Shown: piece after piece, positions 1-6,776 of the stretch
How the letters are laid out: each line of letters begins with the position of its first letter
How positions within the stretch are numbered: position 1 is the stretch's first letter
Virus record (IMG/VR): IMGVR_UViG_3300027754_000313
Span: 1 to 30,398 of that record
From: a virus
Taxonomy: Duplodnaviria > Caudoviricetes
Strand: one strand, 5' to 3'
Length of the DNA: 30,398 nucleotides
Translations under genes and position numbers: made by a program
Notes under the pieces: model-generated
What the model was told of the DNA's origin: nothing
What the model saw: only the letters and a program-made list of their open reading frames with translations
Databases searched by the model: none

Positions 1-150
1 GATGCAACTGTTGACCAAATGGCGGCAGCGGTCAGCTATGAAAGCCTGAAGGACATATTTAGACTGGCTTGGACACAATGCCTGAAAGAACAACAGCCCG
101 TCTTGAAAGCGATGTATGACGGAATTAAAGCAAACTGGGAACAACAATAA
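1..150 (+). CDS. 3' end of a truncated CDS, possibly an ERF/Rad52-like single-strand annealing protein
   Basis: Open frame 1 (DATVDQMAAAVSYESLKDIFRLAWTQCLKEQQPVLKAMYDGIKANWEQQ*) ends in TAA overlapping the ssb ATG (TAATG). The product is guessed only from its position upstream of ssb. Confidence 0.4.
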   Translation, partial: DATVDQMAAAVSYESLKDIFRLAWTQCLKEQQPVLKAMYDGIKANWEQQ

Positions 151-587
151 TGGCAAACGATCTTAACCGCTGCGAGTTCATTGGGCGCTTGGGCAAAGAC
201 CCTGAAGTACGTTACACCGCTGATTCCAACGCAATCTGTAATTTCTCTATTGCTGTCGGCTACAAGACCGCAACGAAAGAAACGACAGAATGGGTCAGGA
301 TCACAGCGTTTGGCAAGTTGGCAGGAATATGTGCCGACTACTTAAAGAAAGGCTCACAGGTCTTTGTAGCGGGTCGTATGACTACTCGCAAGTGGCAAAA
401 CAAAGATGGCGTGGATCAATACACAACTGAGGTGGTTGCTGACCAAATGCAGATGCTTGGTGGTCGGCCTGCTGAAGATGCACCGCCAGTTGCTGCGCCT
501 GCCAAACCAAAATCTGACGCTTACAGGTCAATCAAAGAGGGAATTGTTGTGCCTCTTGATGAAATGATCGACGATGTGCCGTTCTGA
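150..587 (+). CDS. ssb: single-stranded DNA-binding protein
   Basis: N-terminal LN...IGRLGKDPEVRY, TEW.RI..FGKLA, YL.KGSQV.V.G...TRKW OB-fold motifs; acidic C-terminal tail DDVPF. Confidence 0.97.
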   Translation: MANDLNRCEFIGRLGKDPEVRYTADSNAICNFSIAVGYKTATKETTEWVRITAFGKLAGICADYLKKGSQVFVAGRMTTRKWQNKDGVDQYTTEVVADQMQMLGGRPAEDAPPVAAPAKPKSDAYRSIKEGIVVPLDEMIDDVPF

Positions 588-733
588 TGACGCAGACGGA
601 GGAGGCAATACTTATTTCTTGGCGTATCCAGCAATGGTACGAAGGCATGGTCTTAGACGCTAGGGCCATGCAAGACTTACAAGATGCAATCGAGATGCTT
701 AAACAACTAGCTAAACAGGTGCAAGTCAAGTAG
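587..733 (+). CDS. small hypothetical protein (48 aa, MTQTEEAILISWRIQQWYEG...)
   Basis: Not in the ORF track. The ATG overlaps the ssb stop (TGATG) and the frame is open to TAG at 731-733. Confidence 0.65.
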   Translation: MTQTEEAILISWRIQQWYEGMVLDARAMQDLQDAIEMLKQLAKQVQVK

Positions 734-743
734 CGTAAAATAT

Positions 744-799
744 AACAAAGGCTACCCTTAGCGGGGGAAAAGATGATTCGTTACCATTCTGCCTTTGTT
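744..799 (+). ncRNA. putative three-way-junction structured RNA (c4/CI-antisense-like architecture) upstream of the HNH gene
   Basis: Closing stem AACAAAGGC (744-752)/GCCTTTGTT (791-799); internal hairpins CCC-TTAGC-GGG and AGATG-ATTCGTTAC-CATTCT; loop TCGTTAC is complementary to GTAACGA (805-811) and GTAACGG (820-826). Confidence 0.5.
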
Positions 800-835
800 T
801 CTCAGTAACGATTTCCACCGTAACGGGGTGCGATC

Positions 836-1315
836 ATGATTGCTCAAGACGTTTTACTTCAATTATTTGATTACAAAGATGGCAAATTGCTGCACAAAAT
901 AACGCACAAAAATAGCGTTAAAGCGGGGTCTGTTGTAGGTACAAAAGACAAAGATGGTTATCTTAAAACTTTAATTAAAAGAAAACCTTACAGAGTGCAT
1001 CGTCTTATTTGGGTTATGCATTACGGATACGAGCCAAAAATTTTGGATCATATCAATTGCATACCTGATGACAATCGAATTGAAAATTTAAGAGAAGCGA
1101 CTCATTCGCAAAATAACTTAAATCGAAATATGCACCGAAGAAACAAAAGTGGATTTAAAGGCGTTTCTTTTGTTGCACAAAGGCAATTGTACCGAGCAAG
1201 CATATTTATAAACGGCATAAAGTACGTTTTTGGTCATTACAAAACAGCTGAAGAAGCGTATGCAATTTATTGTCAAGAAGTTAAAAATCGTTGTGGTCAA
1301 TTTGGGAGAATTTAA
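836..1315 (+). CDS. HNH homing endonuclease with C-terminal AP2-like DNA-binding domain
   Basis: YRVHRLIW...LDHINCIPDDNRIENLREAT.SQN HNH motif, then SGFKGV...YRASI...FGHY.TAEEA AP2-like motif; visibly AT-rich. Confidence 0.92.
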   Translation: MIAQDVLLQLFDYKDGKLLHKITHKNSVKAGSVVGTKDKDGYLKTLIKRKPYRVHRLIWVMHYGYEPKILDHINCIPDDNRIENLREATHSQNNLNRNMHRRNKSGFKGVSFVAQRQLYRASIFINGIKYVFGHYKTAEEAYAIYCQEVKNRCGQFGRI

Positions 1316-2049
1316 TGTTAATTAAAACAAACGAAAAAGAAGGCGGTCACTTTTACGCAGCTGACGGTTCACCAGCGTACAAAATCATTGGCAAGAACGG
1401 CAAAGAACGCAACACAACGGTTCGTGACGCACGGGAACTCAATTTAGTACCGTCGGTAACTACGGTTTTGGGATTGGTTGCCAAACCTGGCTTATCAAAC
1501 TGGTTGCAACAACAAGTATTACTGGCTGCGCTGACGTTGCCACGCATTGCCGGCGAAACCGAAGAAAACTGGTTAGAGCGAGTAATGTCAGACAGTAAGT
1601 CTACAGGCCGTGACGCTATGGATCGTGGCACACAAATGCACGGGGTGCTTGAGCGTTTTTACCGTGGCGAACAAGACGATTACCCTGTTTATGTTAACCA
1701 GGTTGATGCGTCGATCAGAATCCACTTTGGGCATGACCAAACTTGGGAGGCAGAACGTTCGTTTGCATATGAAGGGTTTGGTGGCAAAGTTGATTTGATT
1801 GCTGAAAACATCGTGATCGACTTTAAGAGCAAGGATAAGCTCGACAAGGTTGTGCCGTACCACGAACAAATCATGCAATTGTCTGCTTACCGTGTTGGCC
1901 TTGGCAAGCCCACAGCCAGATGCGCTAACGTGTTCTTTACTGCTGAAGGCGATGTGAAACTGATCGAACATTCAGAGGATGATTTAGCCTCTGCATGGGA
2001 TTGTTTTCAGTATTTACTAGCGTTTTACAAACGTAAAAACAACCTATAA
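1315..2049 (+). CDS. PD-(D/E)XK exonuclease (RecB/Cas4-like phage exonuclease)
   Basis: PSVTTVL, RGT.MH, E...GKVDL...IDFKS and QLSAY motifs; start placed at ATG 1315, which overlaps the HNH stop (TAATG). Confidence 0.85.
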   Translation: MLIKTNEKEGGHFYAADGSPAYKIIGKNGKERNTTVRDARELNLVPSVTTVLGLVAKPGLSNWLQQQVLLAALTLPRIAGETEENWLERVMSDSKSTGRDAMDRGTQMHGVLERFYRGEQDDYPVYVNQVDASIRIHFGHDQTWEAERSFAYEGFGGKVDLIAENIVIDFKSKDKLDKVVPYHEQIMQLSAYRVGLGKPTARCANVFFTAEGDVKLIEHSEDDLASAWDCFQYLLAFYKRKNNL

Positions 2050-2055
2050 TAAATT

Positions 2056-2110
2056 GTCGGTGTTGTTCACTCCTTGTTCCATCGACCGCCCCGTAATTGG
2101 GGCGTTTTGT
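2056..2110 (+). ncRNA. putative small RNA: hairpin with CACUCCUU (anti-SD-like) loop followed by a terminator
   Basis: TATAAT at 2045-2050; stem GTCGGTG (2056-2062)/CATCGAC (2080-2086) with a pyrimidine-rich loop TTGTTCACTCCTTGTTC. Confidence 0.4.
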
Positions 2111-2111
2111 T
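2087..2111 (+). terminator. rho-independent terminator
   Basis: CGCCCC-GTAATT-GGGGCG hairpin followed by TTTTGTT. Confidence 0.8.
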
Positions 2112-2212
2112 GTAAAAATCCAAATAAATTAAAAATAATTGCAAAACTAGGGTTAACACTTATGCAATTACTGTTTAGATAGCTTAATATTAGTTATCGC
2201 AACAGGCGATCA
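2112..2212 (+). promoter_or_regulatory. AT-rich promoter/operator region for the early gene cluster
   Basis: Longest AT-rich intergenic stretch; inverted repeat TAATTGCA (2136-2143)/TGCAATTA (2163-2170); TTGCAA -35-like hexamer; exact promoter not resolved. Confidence 0.45.
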
Positions 2213-2234
2213 ACTACGATAAAAGGTGCATAAA

Positions 2235-2408
2235 ATGAAATACAACACAGATTATTTTGATGGTTATTTAGCAGACAGATTTTATTGCGTTCACGTTGCT
2301 TGCACCTATGTTTGGTTTGAAACGCATGACGATGTGCTTGCTTTTCAAAAATCAGATTCTTTTGATCCCCGCATGACTATTACCACTCCCGCAAATTCAC
2401 ACAAATAA
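2235..2408 (+). CDS. small hypothetical early protein (57 aa)
   Basis: AAGGT RBS precedes ATG 2235 within the direct repeat; preferred over the GTG at 2226. Confidence 0.65.
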   Translation: MKYNTDYFDGYLADRFYCVHVACTYVWFETHDDVLAFQKSDSFDPRMTITTPANSHK

Positions 2409-2413
2409 ATTCT

Positions 2414-2429
2414 TGGGGCGCAAGCCCCA
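2414..2429 (+). promoter_or_regulatory. GNRA-tetraloop hairpin between early genes (mRNA processing or stability element)
   Basis: TGGGGC-GCAA-GCCCCA with no following U-tract. Confidence 0.55.
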
Positions 2430-2452
2430 TTACTACGACAAAAGGTACATAA

Positions 2453-2710
2453 ATGAAATACTCATACATCCAAATGACAGACGAAGGCAAGCGCCAATTG
2501 ATGCGTGAACTTAGCCGTGAGCTGACCGACAAAAAGATTGCAGAGCTTATGGATCAATTTGCAGATGGCGTAAAAACAGACAGTAATGGCGAACCGTACA
2601 TCAAAATTGATGCTGATGACGTATTGTGCTGCGCTGTGCCAATGTACACACACTTCATTGACGTTAACCATATTGAAACCGTGACAGCTAACGAGGAAGA
2701 TTATGAATAA
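2453..2710 (+). CDS. acidic hypothetical early protein
   Basis: 85-aa ORF with AAGGT RBS; no recognised motif. Confidence 0.75.
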   Translation: MKYSYIQMTDEGKRQLMRELSRELTDKKIAELMDQFADGVKTDSNGEPYIKIDADDVLCCAVPMYTHFIDVNHIETVTANEEDYE

Positions 2711-2891
2711 GCGTAACTGGCCTTACGGCACAGACATGAGCAAACCTAACTGGACGGGTCGCACGACTCGACAGATGCGTGATTACAAACGACCTGATGA
2801 CCGTATACCACCAGTTGCATGGGTGATGGGATTGCTGGCTTTGGCGTTGGTGTTTGGTTTCTTTCCACTTTTAAGCCTGGTGATGCAATGA
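2703..2891 (+). CDS. small membrane protein with C-terminal TM helix
   Basis: GAGGA RBS; basic N-terminus and hydrophobic VAWVMGLLALALVFGFFPLL. Confidence 0.7.
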   Translation: MNKRNWPYGTDMSKPNWTGRTTRQMRDYKRPDDRIPPVAWVMGLLALALVFGFFPLLSLVMQ

Positions 2892-3316
2892 ACGAGAAAT
2901 TAAAAGAATTTGCCGCACAAGCAGGTTTTAATTTGTCTTGGGATTATCACTGCGATGAGTACGAACTTGAACAATTTGCCGAACTTGTACGCCAAGACGA
3001 GCGTGACAATTTATATGCTAAAGAAATGGAACAACCTACTCCAAATCAATTTGGTACATTTTCAATTACGGTAAAAACATTTAGTGAAAATGCTTATCCT
3101 CTTGAGTTAGATATTGAATTGCTGTGGGCAGTAAACAGTGCAGACATTGCGGCTTTAGAAGATGCAAAAGCAACATTTGAAATTTTAAAATATAAAGCCC
3201 CGCTTAAATATCAATCTATGATTTATCAATCACTTGCTTTAATTAGTAAAGCATTAGGAATGAGTCATAGCGACGCATTTCAACGAATCATTGACAAAGC
3301 AAGGGGCGATGAATGA
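2888..3316 (+). CDS. hypothetical protein (MNEKLKEFAAQAG...FAELVRQDER)
   Basis: ATGA overlap with the previous stop places the start at 2888 rather than 2819. Confidence 0.7.
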   Translation: MNEKLKEFAAQAGFNLSWDYHCDEYELEQFAELVRQDERDNLYAKEMEQPTPNQFGTFSITVKTFSENAYPLELDIELLWAVNSADIAALEDAKATFEILKYKAPLKYQSMIYQSLALISKALGMSHSDAFQRIIDKARGDE

Positions 3317-3609
3317 ACCAAGTCGCTAGAAACACCGATCCCATAACAAGTTGGGCTGCTGCTGACTCTGCAAAGTCTTTAGCGGCTCAACACGCCACGA
3401 TAATCATTCAAGCCTTATGCAAGTATGGGGCAATGGGGAAAGACGGCATAGCGCAGATTACAGGACTCGATGGCAATCAGGTTGCTAGGCGGCTTAGTGA
3501 GTTAGAACGCAATCATGAAATTCTGCTAACTGGTCGCAACGTACAAAGCAAATCTGGTCGAGCAGAACGGGAATGGAAGGTTATGCCAAAACAGATGGAT
3601 TTGATATGA
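3313..3609 (+). CDS. winged-helix DNA-binding protein
   Basis: ARNTDPITS.AAA N-terminus; GIAQITGLDGNQVARRLSELER HTH followed by a wing (SKSGR..REW). Confidence 0.7.
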   Translation: MNQVARNTDPITSWAAADSAKSLAAQHATIIIQALCKYGAMGKDGIAQITGLDGNQVARRLSELERNHEILLTGRNVQSKSGRAEREWKVMPKQMDLI

Positions 3610-3935
3610 CCGACTACTCACCCCATCCTGCAATCGAGTACATTTGGGACAACGCACCTCATTACGCTAAGGCCAAGGGCGAACTGGCGCAACTGGAGGC
3701 GTTTAAGTCAAGCCTAAAGGCTATTCTAATGAAGAAATCAGGAGAATCTGCTGTAACTGCCCAAGAGCGCGAGGCATATGCTCATCCTGATTATCAAAAC
3801 CTGTGTGTTGCAATCGGCGCAGCAACTGAGAAAGCCGAGTTGTTAAAGTGGCGGTTAACGAGCGCACAACTACGATTCGATGCTTGGCGTACAGAGCAGG
3901 CCAGTAACCGTCAAATCGAGAAATTAACTAAGTGA
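3606..3935 (+). CDS. helical conserved phage protein, possibly a UvsY-like recombination mediator
   Basis: AQEREAYAHPDY...WRTEQASNR coiled-coil pattern; ATGA overlap at 3606; function is inference. Confidence 0.5.
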   Translation: MTDYSPHPAIEYIWDNAPHYAKAKGELAQLEAFKSSLKAILMKKSGESAVTAQEREAYAHPDYQNLCVAIGAATEKAELLKWRLTSAQLRFDAWRTEQASNRQIEKLTK

Positions 3936-4198
3936 CAAAAGCACAACGTAAGCATTACGAAAAACTTGCAGAACTTGGATGCTCGTTGTGCCGACACTTG
4001 GGATATGGGGAAACACCAGCCCATATTCATCACATTAGACGATTAGGAATGAAACGTGAAAATGCGCCGGTTATACCGTTATGCCCAAATCATCATACCG
4101 GCAATGATGGGGTACACGGACTGGGCAAAAAGGCGTTTGCTCAAAAATATGGGATTACAGAAGAAGATTTATTAGCCCAAACAGAAGCGTTATTATGA
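3932..4198 (+). CDS. Ref-like (recombination enhancement) HNH/Zn nuclease
   Basis: GCSLC...HIHHIR...IPLCPNHH...GVH motifs; GTG start overlapping the previous stop. Confidence 0.75.
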   Translation: MTKAQRKHYEKLAELGCSLCRHLGYGETPAHIHHIRRLGMKRENAPVIPLCPNHHTGNDGVHGLGKKAFAQKYGITEEDLLAQTEALL

Positions 4199-4524
4199 AA
4201 CTTTTTAAACGATTTACGTTTGAAGCGGCTCACTCTTTACCGGATTACCCAGAAATACACGGTCATTCTTATCATGTTGAAGTTTGGGTACAAGGCAATG
4301 CTGTAGATGGGTATGTCATTCGAGAGTCTGAACTTGAAAAAGAATGTTTATTTGTTAAATCAATTTTTGATCATAAAAATTTAGATAATTTGTTTGATTT
4401 ACCAACAAGTGAAAATATAGCAAGGGAAATTTGGATTTTACTTAAGCATTTAAGATTATTTGAAATCAGAGTTGAGCGACCATCAATCGGTCTGGGTGCG
4501 GTTTACAACGGTGAATTTGAATGA
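4195..4524 (+). CDS. QueD/PTPS-like T-fold protein lacking the catalytic cysteine
   Basis: FTFEAAH, HGHSY, DH.NL and PTSENIA motifs of the QueD/PTPS family; YPEIHGH replaces CxxxHGH. Confidence 0.85.
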   Translation: MKLFKRFTFEAAHSLPDYPEIHGHSYHVEVWVQGNAVDGYVIRESELEKECLFVKSIFDHKNLDNLFDLPTSENIAREIWILLKHLRLFEIRVERPSIGLGAVYNGEFE

Positions 4525-5261
4525 TTCATTATCATGGCTTGCCAATTACACCTGGTACTGCGGCAGCGTTAGCAATTACAACAGGCCATGCCTTTATAAG
4601 TTACGCCCATCCTGAACAATTGCCGATTGCTATTGAGGTTTGTCAAAGTTTTGCCGTAGACAATGGGGCATTTAGCGCATGGAAAAAAGGCAAACCGATA
4701 TTAGATTGGTCGGGTTACTACGAATGGGCAGCAAAAGCTAAACTCGTCCCGTCCTGTGACTTTGCGGTGATTCCTGACGTAATTGACGGGAATGAGGCCG
4801 ATAACGATGCATTATTAGCCGAATGGTCATTGCCTAAATGGTTTGGCGCACCAGTTTGGCATATGCATGAATCATTTGATCGGTTACAACGGTTAGCAAA
4901 TGATTATCCAAGGGTTTGTTTAGGCAGTAGCGGCAATTACGCAACAATCGGCACACAACAATGGTGGCAACGTATCGCCCAGGCTATGCGGGTGATCTGC
5001 AATGATGACGGTCAGCCATTAGTAAAGTTGCACGGCCTGCGGATGTTAAACCCTGAAGTATTTACAAAGCTACCATTTGCGTCAGCTGACAGCACAAACA
5101 TTGGCAGGAATATCGGAATAGACCAATCTTGGAAGGGTAACTATATGCCACCAAGCAAAGAAGTCAGGGCGCAAGTGATGAGAGCTAGAATTGAGTCGCA
5201 CAATGCACCGGCCCGATGGAATTTCTTTGTGCCGGAACAATTGCAACACTCACTTATATGA
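4521..5261 (+). CDS. TGT/DpdA-like TIM-barrel protein (putative base-exchange transglycosylase)
   Basis: Ordered motifs DNGAFS, PDVIDG, PVWH, LHGL and SADST parallel the conserved TGT-fold motifs (DSGG.. catalytic Asp, H.LG, final Asp); adjacent to the queD-like gene. Confidence 0.65.
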   Translation: MIHYHGLPITPGTAAALAITTGHAFISYAHPEQLPIAIEVCQSFAVDNGAFSAWKKGKPILDWSGYYEWAAKAKLVPSCDFAVIPDVIDGNEADNDALLAEWSLPKWFGAPVWHMHESFDRLQRLANDYPRVCLGSSGNYATIGTQQWWQRIAQAMRVICNDDGQPLVKLHGLRMLNPEVFTKLPFASADSTNIGRNIGIDQSWKGNYMPPSKEVRAQVMRARIESHNAPARWNFFVPEQLQHSLI

Positions 5262-5608
5262 TTGCTACCCTGCAACTACCGATACCGCCAAGTGTAAACA
5301 CTTACTGGCGCAATTTTAGAGGCAGGACAATACTTAGTCAGGGTGGGCGAGATTACAAACAAGCGGTGCAAGAGTACGTTACGGTCAACGAAGTGCCTAG
5401 TTTTGGCTCAAACAGGCTTATGGCGATCATTACTATCTTTCCAAGGGATAGGCGCAGCATTGACCTAGACAACAGGCTAAAAGGCTTATTTGACGCTTTG
5501 CAGGATGCAGGCGTGTTTGACGATGACGGACAGTTTGACAAAATAGAGATTGCAAGGGGGTCGATTAAATCAGGCGGCGGTTGTACAATTGTGATAGCTA
5601 CCCTATGA
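5258..5608 (+). CDS. rusA: RusA-like Holliday junction resolvase
   Basis: LP.PPSVNTYWR, DLDNRLKGLFDAL and DDDGQ motifs; ATGA overlap at 5258. Confidence 0.93.
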   Translation: MIATLQLPIPPSVNTYWRNFRGRTILSQGGRDYKQAVQEYVTVNEVPSFGSNRLMAIITIFPRDRRSIDLDNRLKGLFDALQDAGVFDDDGQFDKIEIARGSIKSGGGCTIVIATL

Positions 5609-5615
5609 GGTCACT

Positions 5616-5972
5616 ATGGACTATCCTGCCGTATTTGTCTCAACCTTGTTCCATAGCGGGACAAACGCACATTTCATGCACTTGCAAACAGACTCTTATG
5701 CCAAACATAAAGCGTTGCAAAAATACTACGAAGGCATTATTGACCTAGTTGATACTTGGGCAGAAAGTTATCAAGGGGCTTACGAGCAAATCAAAAGCTA
5801 TCCAAAAGATTTTCATCTAGCGACAGACCCAGTTAAATACATCACAAGCGTCAAAGCATTTGTAAAGGACATTCGTGATGAATTGCCTAAAGACACAAAT
5901 CTACAAAACCAAATCGACGAAATTGCGGCTTTGATTGATTCAACCCTTTATAAACTAAAGGCGTTCAAATGA
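5616..5972 (+). CDS. ferritin/Dps-like four-helix bundle protein (DUF5856-like)
   Basis: H..HLQT.SYA.HKAL..YY.....LVD..AE.YQG and NQIDEI......T.YKL patterns; GAGG RBS. Confidence 0.75.
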   Translation: MDYPAVFVSTLFHSGTNAHFMHLQTDSYAKHKALQKYYEGIIDLVDTWAESYQGAYEQIKSYPKDFHLATDPVKYITSVKAFVKDIRDELPKDTNLQNQIDEIAALIDSTLYKLKAFK

Positions 5973-6124
5973 GCAAACATGGACTATATGCGGCAATTCT
6001 TGCCAAACAAGAACGCATCAAAGCAGGCAGCGGCGAAAAGATGAGAAAGCCAGGTGATCCAGGCGCACCCACGGCTAAAGACTTTAAAGAATCAGCCAAG
6101 ACTGCCAAGGACAATAAGAAATGA
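5969..6124 (+). CDS. small basic phage protein (51 aa, GLYA.I.AK.ERIKAGSGEKMRKPG..GAPT type)
   Basis: Not in the ORF track; ATGA overlaps at both ends; Lys-rich sequence type recalled from aquatic phages. Confidence 0.8.
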   Translation: MSKHGLYAAILAKQERIKAGSGEKMRKPGDPGAPTAKDFKESAKTAKDNKK

Positions 6125-6405
6125 CAGCGGCTTGGCAACGCAAAGAGGGGCAAAACCCTGCTGGCGGTCTAAATGCCAAAGGTCGAGCGAGTGCCAAAGC
6201 AGAGGGCATGAACCTCAAGCCACCAGTCAAGTCAGGTGATAACCCACGCAGAGCCAGTTTTCTCGCACGCATGGGAAATATGCCAGGGCCAATGGAAAAA
6301 GACGGAAAACCTACTAGGTTAGCTTTAGCCTTAAAAGCATGGGGCGCATCAAGCAAAGAAGATGCAAGGGCAAAAGCTAAGAATATTAGCGAACGCAATA
6401 AGTAA
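6121..6405 (+). CDS. small basic phage protein (DUF6321-like)
   Basis: AWQRKEGQNP.GGLNAKGRAS...RRASF.ARM...AL.AW pattern; family name from recall. Confidence 0.7.
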   Translation: MTAAWQRKEGQNPAGGLNAKGRASAKAEGMNLKPPVKSGDNPRRASFLARMGNMPGPMEKDGKPTRLALALKAWGASSKEDARAKAKNISERNK

Positions 6406-6449
6406 GCTAAACTCAACCAATCTTAAATCTAAGACCATTGAGAAAAGAT

Positions 6450-6776
6450 ATGGAAATCAGCAAAGTAGTGAAGTCTGGTGTGCGACCTAAACCACCCGCA
6501 GCAGGGATCGGCAGAAAGAAAGGTAGTGTCAACAAGGCTACAAAAGCTTTTAGAGATACCGTTACAGCCTTGCTTGAGAACAACGCTGATAACGTTGGCA
6601 AGTGGCTAGAAACCGTTGCCCACGGTGATGGCGATCAAGTTAAACCAGACCCAAAGGGTGCTTTGACGCTTATTGCTCAATTAGCAGAGTTTGCCTCACC
6701 TAAACTTGCACGAACCGAACATAGTGGCGTGGATAACAGTCCGATTGAACTGATTGTGAAATGGCAAGACGAGTAG
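6450..6776 (+). CDS. putative terminase small subunit
   Basis: GRKKGSVNK.T motif and PKLAR.EHSG...PI C-terminus; directly upstream of and overlapping terL. Confidence 0.7.
   Translation: MEISKVVKSGVRPKPPAAGIGRKKGSVNKATKAFRDTVTALLENNADNVGKWLETVAHGDGDQVKPDPKGALTLIAQLAEFASPKLARTEHSGVDNSPIELIVKWQDE

Larger units (their letters stand above)
2213..2461 (+). repeat. imperfect ~30-bp direct repeat containing RBS and start (copies ~2213-2243 and ~2432-2461)
   Basis: ACTACGATAAAAGGTGCATAAAATGAAATAC versus ACTACGACAAAAGGTACATAAATGAAATAC; both downstream ORFs begin MKY. Confidence 0.8.

Noticed and set aside
744-799. Structured element as a tRNA or group I intron fragment
   Set aside because: Too short, with no T-loop GTTCRA or cloverleaf and no P7 core; the flanking genes are not split.
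2213-2461. Direct repeats as a mini-CRISPR array or att sites
   Set aside because: Only two imperfect copies about 220 bp apart, each containing an RBS and start codon; no cas gene or integrase is present.
4195-4524. Assigning the symbol queD and a complete queuosine pathway
   Set aside because: The catalytic Cys is absent and no other pathway genes are in the window.
6054-6239. 61-aa + strand ORF from the track
   Set aside because: It overlaps two better-supported coupled genes (5969-6124 and 6121-6405) in another frame.
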